Positions 59,201-64,000 of a DNA stretch of 64,000 nt are shown here, piece by piece. The notes under the pieces are model-generated. The model was not told the origin of the DNA, ran no database searches, and saw nothing but the letters and a program-made list of their open reading frames with translations. The stretch is taken from assembly GCA_013152535.1 (NCBI GenBank), contig JAADGE010000001.1, positions 7 to 64,006 of the forward strand, read 5' to 3'. Each line of letters opens with the position of its first letter. Position 1 is the first letter of the stretch. The translations under genes were made by a program, and so were the position numbers. Source of the DNA: Chlorobiota bacterium (GTDB taxonomy: Bacteria; Bacteroidota; Bacteroidia; Bacteroidales; JAADGE01).

Positions 59201-59490
59201 ATTTGATCTCGTACGGCAAGTGCTTTCTTTTTAATATCTGCTGCTGTATTAATTTTAATATGTTCCGAAATTTCATTAAAATAGTCAGCATTTTTACCGT
59301 TATCAATAAGAGCATTTAATTTTTCCAAAATTCTGGTTTTCATTTCTTCTGCAGCTTTATTGGTAAAAGTTACCGCTAAAATTTTGCTGAAATTATCCGG
59401 AGTTTCAAATGCTGATTTTAAATAGGTTAAAGTTAATAACCAAGTTTTTCCCGAGCCGGCAGATGCTTTATATATTTCAAGTTTGTTCAT
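56206..59490 (-). CDS. UvrD/Rep-type helicase fused to a PD-(D/E)XK nuclease (AddA-like)
   Basis: Walker A ASAGSGKT, DEFQDTS, VMTIHKSKGL, and a C-terminal nuclease motif IPDRV...VVIDFKFGK. Confidence 0.85.
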   Translation of the reverse strand: MNKLEIYKASAGSGKTWLLTLTYLKSAFETPDNFSKILAVTFTNKAAEEMKTRILEKLNALIDNGKNADYFNEISEHIKINTAADIKKKALAVRDQILHNYSAFNVNTIDSFVQRVIRAFSFEMNLNSSYDIELDQNKVIDELTEMLFNSLSENKELQNWLIQFSNSKTEESRNWDFKKDIKNLAAEIFKEHFQKLYNINAEKFNKKELSDYLKMLYQIKNSFENKMSEFAYGYKEIIEKAGIDILSLGAKFKTISNHFLTKIAKNKIYDDFTTTIIKACEGIENWYAKNAAKEIIAEINSVYNNLSEILMNYFNFFEKEHENYYTAVQIINNFHSFGIINDLAGFLPEYRSENNVLLISDTTLLLKEIIGNNDAPFIYEKIGNRYKHILIDEFQDTSGFQWENFKPLIANSLSMGYDNLIVGDIKQSVYRWRGGNWRLLLSGVKNDIGNEFIEDKTLDTNWRSRENIIKFNNAFFEILPQILQNQYNEKLESINNENVKIKLKNEHYNTMLIDAYAEHIQKVPAGSDKNGGNVKIHFIEKDNYEEELKDKFPAVIDELLKNNYKNPRDIGILVRTNKQAKEITELLTYYQNEKNERAKYKIISGDALYIENSTAVRILISAMKYINNKYDKINLTQLIFEYQKSVSASLDYNKVFLSVENEDYIKLLPEKFLNEQELFLQKELFELSEELIVIFGLTDKTQEFAYIKTFQNIITDFTRKYYSDLSEFLEHWNEKAKNTSVQISDKTDAVNVMTIHKSKGLAFDTVLIPYTNFNFDHSSYSAPILWAKIDNQPFNKIPYLPIKYSSYLSQTFFRKDYFDEMLYSYTDTINLLYVVFTRAEKELIIFSSFNIPKTKKNTSIKNTSNAMYQIVNQDIDIRVGDSAEIFNFSEYYNPETQIFDFSINHKAEKKDLIKEEKKSYLLEKKYPSNHWQNKLQLKLNSEEFFIESIPELEEKVNYGKLMHRIFQNIITIKDIDKSVMKQHSEGILTLKEAEEFILKIKNAVNKETVKSWFDGTYKVINEDALLTEKGNIRIPDRVLFSETEIVVIDFKFGKHNKKYTEQITEYKNLLKEYYGLPVKSYLYYPENNKIIEVD

Positions 59491-59593
59491 ATATTAAAAG
59501 TGTTTAAACTTTAATTTTTCTGTCAATCAGAAAAAAAGATACATTTGTTTAGTTCATACTGAATATAATATCTCAAAAATATAAAAATAATTA

Positions 59594-60398
59594 ATGCAAA
59601 TCGAATTAATTAAAAATATTGATGTATGGTCGCCTGAAATTATCGGTTTATTAATTTTGAGCGGATTTATAATCGGAGTTATTAATACGCTTGCAGGAAG
59701 CGGAACAGCAATCAGTTATGCCGTGTTTATGAGTTTGGGACTTCCGCCTGCCTGGGCAAACGGAACCGTGAGAATCGGTGTTATTCCTCAGACATTTGCT
59801 GCCGGATTAAATTTTTATAAACATAAGTTATTAAATATAAAAAATGCTGTATTTATTGCTGTTCCGATAACAATCGGGTCTGTTCTCGGAGCAGAAATTG
59901 CCGTTAATATTAATCAGGAGATTTTTAAAAAAGTAATCGGAATTGCAATGTTGATTATTTTATTTTTTGTTATTTTTAAACCTGAAAAATTTTTAAAAGG
60001 AGAAGTAAGTAAAATTAATAAATATAGAACATCGATTTTGGCATATTATTTTGTATTTTTTTATAGGAACATACGGCGGATTTATTCACGTAGGTGTCGG
60101 TATCTTTTTATTAATTGCCTTGGTTGCCGCTTCCGGTTACGACCTTGTAAGGGCTAACAGTTTGAAAATCTTCGTCGTTTTTATATATACACCATTTGCT
60201 TTGGCAATATTTATGATTAACGGTGAAATTCATTATGCAATGGGCTTGATTGCTGCCGTAGGGAATACTTTAGGCGGTATTTTTGCGTCAAAATTTGCAA
60301 TAAAACACGGTGCCGAGCCGTTGCGTTGGTTTTTGGCAATCGTAATTGTTGTATTTACCGTGTATTTATTCGGTGCTTTTGATTTTATACATTTATAA
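59594..60398 (+). pseudogene. TSUP (TauE/SafE) family anion permease with a homopolymer frameshift
   Basis: Two overlapping ORFs (59594..60157 and 60051..60398). With T6 instead of T7 at 60056-60062 the frame reads through as ...ILAYYFVFFIGTYGGFIHVGVGIFLL... Confidence 0.8.
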
Positions 60399-60519
60399 TA
60401 ATATTTCAAATATGCCGGTTCTCTGTTTCTTTATTAAGATTACTTGAATTTTAGGTTTTATTTGAAAGAAAAAAATCGTAAATTCGCACAAAATATTGTT
60501 AAACATAAAAAATATAAAA

Positions 60520-61344
60520 ATGGCAAACAAAGCAAAATCATTATTAATATTAGCAGGTGTAGTTGTTGTTATTCTTCTTATGTTCGGTTCGGCAACATTT
60601 GTTACGCTTCAACCGGGTGAAAAAGGGGTTATTTTCAAAAAATTTTCCGGAGGATTGGATAAAGATCATATTTACAATGCCGGATTTCATATGATTGCCC
60701 CGTGGAATGACATGATTATTTATGATGTAAGAGAACAAAAAGTTGATGAAACAATGGATGTTTTGGATAAAAAGGGACTTCCTATTTCCGTCGATGTTTC
60801 CGTTAGATTTTATCCGATTTTTAATAAAATAGGTTATTTACACGAAAAATTCGGCAGAAAATATGTTGACAAACTTGTAATTCCTGAAGTTCGATCTACA
60901 GTGAGGCAAGTTATGGGACGTTATACTGCCGAAGAAATTTATTCTACAAAACGTTCTGAAGTTGAAACGCAAATTAAATCGGAGACAGAAGCTGTTTTAA
61001 ATAAACCGGAGAATAATATTTTTATGACAACCTTGCTGATACGATCAATAAATTTACCGGTTGATTACAAAAAATCAATTGAAGATAAAGAAATTAAAAA
61101 GCAAGAAGCTTTAGCTTATGTCTATATTTTGGAAAAAGAAACAGCAGAAGCAAAACGGAAAGTTATTGCAGCAAAAGGGGAAGCCGATGCAAATGATATA
61201 ATTAACAGTTCATTAACAAATAATTTGTTAAAAATGAGAGGAATTGAGGCAACTTTAAAATTGGCGACTTCATCTAATGCAAAAACGGTTGTTATAGGAA
61301 GCGGTAAAGACGGAATGCCCTTAATTTTAGGCGGAGACAAATAA
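60520..61344 (+). CDS. SPFH/band-7 (prohibitin-like) membrane protein
   Basis: N-terminal TM and an SPFH body (GEKGVIFKKFSGG...PEVRSTVRQVMGRYTAEEIYS). I prefer the ATG at 60520 (MANKAKS) over the TTG at 60496. Confidence 0.8.
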   Translation: MANKAKSLLILAGVVVVILLMFGSATFVTLQPGEKGVIFKKFSGGLDKDHIYNAGFHMIAPWNDMIIYDVREQKVDETMDVLDKKGLPISVDVSVRFYPIFNKIGYLHEKFGRKYVDKLVIPEVRSTVRQVMGRYTAEEIYSTKRSEVETQIKSETEAVLNKPENNIFMTTLLIRSINLPVDYKKSIEDKEIKKQEALAYVYILEKETAEAKRKVIAAKGEADANDIINSSLTNNLLKMRGIEATLKLATSSNAKTVVIGSGKDGMPLILGGDK

Positions 61345-61369
61345 TTTTTTTAAAAGAATTTTACGAATT

Positions 61370-61678
61370 GTGAAAAAGAATATGAAATATATATGGTCAG
61401 TAACAGTAAAATTCAAATATGTAATTGCTGTCTTATTATTCGGTATTTGGATTACTTTTATTGATCAAACTAATTTAAGATTTAAATCTCATTTAAGAAA
61501 CGATATTGAATATCTTAAAAAGAAAAAGAAATTTTACAAGAAAGAAATTCTTAAAAATGAAAAATATTATAAAGATTTGACAACAAATCCCGGTGCAAAA
61601 GAAAGGCTTGCACGCGAAGAATATTATATGAGTAAAGACAACGAAGATGTTTTTATTATTGTTGATAAAACGAAATAA
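61370..61678 (+). CDS. FtsB/DivIC-type septum formation initiator
   Basis: Single TM followed by a short coiled coil and the conserved tail ERLAREEYYMSKDNEDVFII. GTG start, with an alternative ATG at 61382. Confidence 0.7.
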   Translation: MKKNMKYIWSVTVKFKYVIAVLLFGIWITFIDQTNLRFKSHLRNDIEYLKKKKKFYKKEILKNEKYYKDLTTNPGAKERLAREEYYMSKDNEDVFIIVDKTK

Positions 61679-61697
61679 TATTGCAATTTTCCGAATT

Positions 61698-61729
61698 AAA
61701 AAAGGTGATTTTTAAAAATCACCTTTTTT
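61698..61729. terminator. Bidirectional terminator (32-bp perfect palindrome)
   Basis: aaaaaaggtgattttt|aaaaatcacctttttt lies between convergent genes, with an A-run and a T-run on the two sides. Confidence 0.7.
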
Positions 61730-61746
61730 AATGTATTTTAATTTTC

Positions 61747-63120
61747 TTAGTTTTCGTTTATTAATTCAAAATGTGCAAAAAAAAGTTGTTTCAAAAGTAA
61801 TTTTTTATATTCTTTACTTCCTCTGATATCACTGATGGGGCTGACTTCCGACAATAAAACATCACTTGCTGCATTAATATTTTCAGCATTTAAATCTTTA
61901 CCTGTTAAAAACTCTTTAGTTTTTGAAAGATATTTCGGTATCGGAGCAATGCCTCCGGCGGAAATGTGTATTTCCTTAAAAGTATTATTTTCTGTGGTAT
62001 AACAAATTGCAGTATTCACACTTGCAATATCTAAATAGGTTCTTTTAGAAACTTTTTCAAAATTAAATTTAAAATTGGTATCGGGAATTTTAAACCTAAT
62101 TTCTTCAATATATTCTCCTTCTTTTAAATCTAAAGTTTTATATCCCGTAAAAAATTTATTTAAAGCTGTTATTCTTGTATTTCCGGTTTCTTTTTTTAAT
62201 ACTAATTCAGAATTAAGAGCCAAAAAGAAGATGCTCAAATCTCCTATAGGTGAGGCATTTACAAAGTTCCCGGCAATGGTTCCCATATTTCTGATTTGTT
62301 CGGAAGAAATCAATTTAAACCATTGTTGAATTTTAGGAAAATAGTTATTAATAATTTCGGAATGCATCATTTCGTTGGCTGTAACAGAAGCACCTAATTT
62401 TATAAAACCGTTTTCATTTTTAATCTTTTTCAATTCAATCTTATTTAAATAAAATTTTGCATCAGTATCAGAAGTTTCATCAGCTTTTTGAACATATAAA
62501 TCTGTTCCTCCGCCGATTATTTTTTCGCCTTCAGTTATTTTCGGACTTTCGATTTCGGCAAGTTGATTTGCAATACCGGAAAAATATTCCGGTAAATATT
62601 TATGCTCAATTAACCAATCAAGAGAATTTTCCGGTTTGTTTTTCAAACCGTCGGCAATATCTTTTACAGCACGTTCAATAGATTTATAGCCTGTACATCG
62701 GCAAATATTTCCGGCAACGAAATTTATTGCTTCATTATATTTTGCAAAATTTTGTGATAAGGCATGACCTGTTAAGGAAACAACAAATCCGGGTGTACAG
62801 AACCCGCACTGTGTTCCGGCGTGCTCATCAAGTGCATGTTGAACAGGTGTTAACCCGAACTTATTATTTAGCCCTTCAACGGTAACCACATGCTTACCGG
62901 CAATATTTCCCAATGGCGTAAGGCAAGATGCCATACTTTTATATTCTGCCTTATCATTAACCAAAGAACCGACTAAAACAGTGCATGCCCCACAATCTCC
63001 TTCTCTGCAACCGGATTTGGTTCCTTTTAAATGTTGGTCTTCTCGAATAAAATCTAATAATATTGTACTTGCTGATTTATTCGTTTTAATTCTTTTATTA
63101 TTTAATATAAATTGTATCAT
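61747..63120 (-). CDS. Xanthine-dehydrogenase-family small subunit-like protein ([2Fe-2S] x2 + FAD-binding domain)
   Basis: CREGDCGACTV, CGFCTPGF and CRCTGY cluster motifs, then a FAD-binding block (IIGGGTDLYV). No molybdopterin subunit gene is adjacent. Confidence 0.75.
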   Translation of the reverse strand: MIQFILNNKRIKTNKSASTILLDFIREDQHLKGTKSGCREGDCGACTVLVGSLVNDKAEYKSMASCLTPLGNIAGKHVVTVEGLNNKFGLTPVQHALDEHAGTQCGFCTPGFVVSLTGHALSQNFAKYNEAINFVAGNICRCTGYKSIERAVKDIADGLKNKPENSLDWLIEHKYLPEYFSGIANQLAEIESPKITEGEKIIGGGTDLYVQKADETSDTDAKFYLNKIELKKIKNENGFIKLGASVTANEMMHSEIINNYFPKIQQWFKLISSEQIRNMGTIAGNFVNASPIGDLSIFFLALNSELVLKKETGNTRITALNKFFTGYKTLDLKEGEYIEEIRFKIPDTNFKFNFEKVSKRTYLDIASVNTAICYTTENNTFKEIHISAGGIAPIPKYLSKTKEFLTGKDLNAENINAASDVLLSEVSPISDIRGSKEYKKLLLKQLFFAHFELINEN

Positions 63121-63216
63121 TTAATTCTGTTATTTCAAAATACAAATATAAAAGTTTTAAAGAAATTATAAAAGAAACATACTATAATATAAGGTGTGTA
63201 TAATACATCAATAAAA

Positions 63217-63247
63217 AAACTTTCCGAATAAAACACTCGGAAAGTTT
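63217..63247 (-). terminator. Terminator after the lipoprotein gene
   Basis: aaactttccga-N9-tcggaaagttt forms an 11-bp stem. On the minus strand it is followed by ttttattg. Confidence 0.6.
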
Positions 63248-63292
63248 TGAAATTTACAAATTCAGTAAAAAACTATGTATAATTCTGTTTCA

Positions 63293-63823
63293 TTATTTCT
63301 TTTCTTCTAACGTTTCAAATTTTAAAGAATAATTAGTAAAATGATCAAGTCCTGATTTTTTTAAAGAATCTTGCATTTTAGTAATATATTTTGTCATATC
63401 TTTTAATTTTTCTTTTTCTGCGTCATCAGCATCAACATAGCTTTTTTGTTCATGTTTTAATTTTTCAGCTAAATATGCTGAATCTACGACTTCTTGTTCT
63501 ACAATACCTTTTACGGTTACTTTACTTCCTGATAATGATTCTTTAAAACGATTATCATTAAAAATATGAAGATTATAATCACCGTCAACAAGTAATAATT
63601 TTTTACCGCCGTGTTTACATACATGATCAACAATTCCTGTAACTTTAACCTCTTTCCCCACATAATTCGCTGCTAAAGAATCAAATTCATTAAGATTGAT
63701 TTCAGGAACTTCTGCAAGCTTAATTTCTGTAGTATCGCTCTTGTTTTTTTCAGTATTATCATTATTTCCGCAAGCTGCTATAAGTAAAACACTTACACTT
63801 AAAAATAAAATCTTTTTAATCAT
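63293..63823 (-). CDS. Lipoprotein of unknown function
   Basis: The preferred start MIKKILFLSVSVLLIAAC (ATG at 63823) gives a lipobox (LIAAC). The ORF-track start at 63880 adds 19 unlikely residues. Confidence 0.7.
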   Translation of the reverse strand: MIKKILFLSVSVLLIAACGNNDNTEKNKSDTTEIKLAEVPEINLNEFDSLAANYVGKEVKVTGIVDHVCKHGGKKLLLVDGDYNLHIFNDNRFKESLSGSKVTVKGIVEQEVVDSAYLAEKLKHEQKSYVDADDAEKEKLKDMTKYITKMQDSLKKSGLDHFTNYSLKFETLEEKK

Positions 63824-64000
63824 AATTATAATTTTTTGGTTTAAAAGTGCATAGATAATAATATTTAAATTATGTTCCAATTAATGTTTTTTGATATTCG
63901 ACAAGTTTATTTCTATTATTTTCGACTATTTAATTAAGTCTGATAAAATATTGTTTACAAACATAGAATTTGTACATAATTAAAAAATGTTTAATTTCGA

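Noticed and set aside
1-64000. tRNA, rRNA, tmRNA or other classical RNA genes
   Set aside because: The intergenic regions are short or extremely AT-rich, and I saw no cloverleaf-like GC-rich segments or rRNA-like conserved blocks. Absence is by eye only. tRNAscan-SE or Infernal would be decisive.

Overview
AT-rich chromosomal segment of a Bacteroidota-type bacterium. Supporting signals are gldF/gldG gliding-motility genes, a GWxTD protein, CarboxypepD_reg-type outer-membrane proteins, and TTTG/TAnnTTTG-type promoters. I support about 50 protein-coding genes and saw no rRNA, tRNA or CRISPR array. Most of the window is ordinary core genome: gyrA, uvrB, queA, an AddA-like helicase-nuclease, acyl-CoA dehydrogenase, several peptidases, a TonB-dependent receptor and a TPR/PAS histidine kinase. 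The clearly accessory patch is about 37.3-41.05 kb. There, a very AT-rich two-gene cassette (655-aa ABC/SMC-type ATPase plus 297-aa zinc-finger HNH nuclease, Septu/PtuAB-like) sits next to a 196-aa HUH/Y1 REP-associated tyrosine transposase (RAYT). Five consecutive minus-strand genes, from citF to a DUF5686-like gene, are each followed 9-26 nt after the stop codon by the same 26-bp GC-rich perfect palindrome (CCGTGCCACGCTGCAGCGTGGCACGG). This REP-punctuated ATPase/HNH/RAYT block is my best candidate for an unusual system. Second theme: four otherwise conserved genes are disrupted. Two carry perfect 10-bp tandem duplications (M1 peptidase, LOG-family protein), one an in-frame TAA (pgeF), and one a T7 homopolymer (TSUP permease). 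Other observations are a membrane-anchored PspA/ESCRT-III-like protein, a 5'-truncated ~30 x 17-aa beta-helix surface protein, an ATCCGTG-type heptamer repeat array sharing the REP 5' end, a His-rich mini-protein upstream of the TonB receptor, and a Cys-rich 78-aa ORF upstream of the kinase. All functional calls come from motif recognition by eye; no database search was run.
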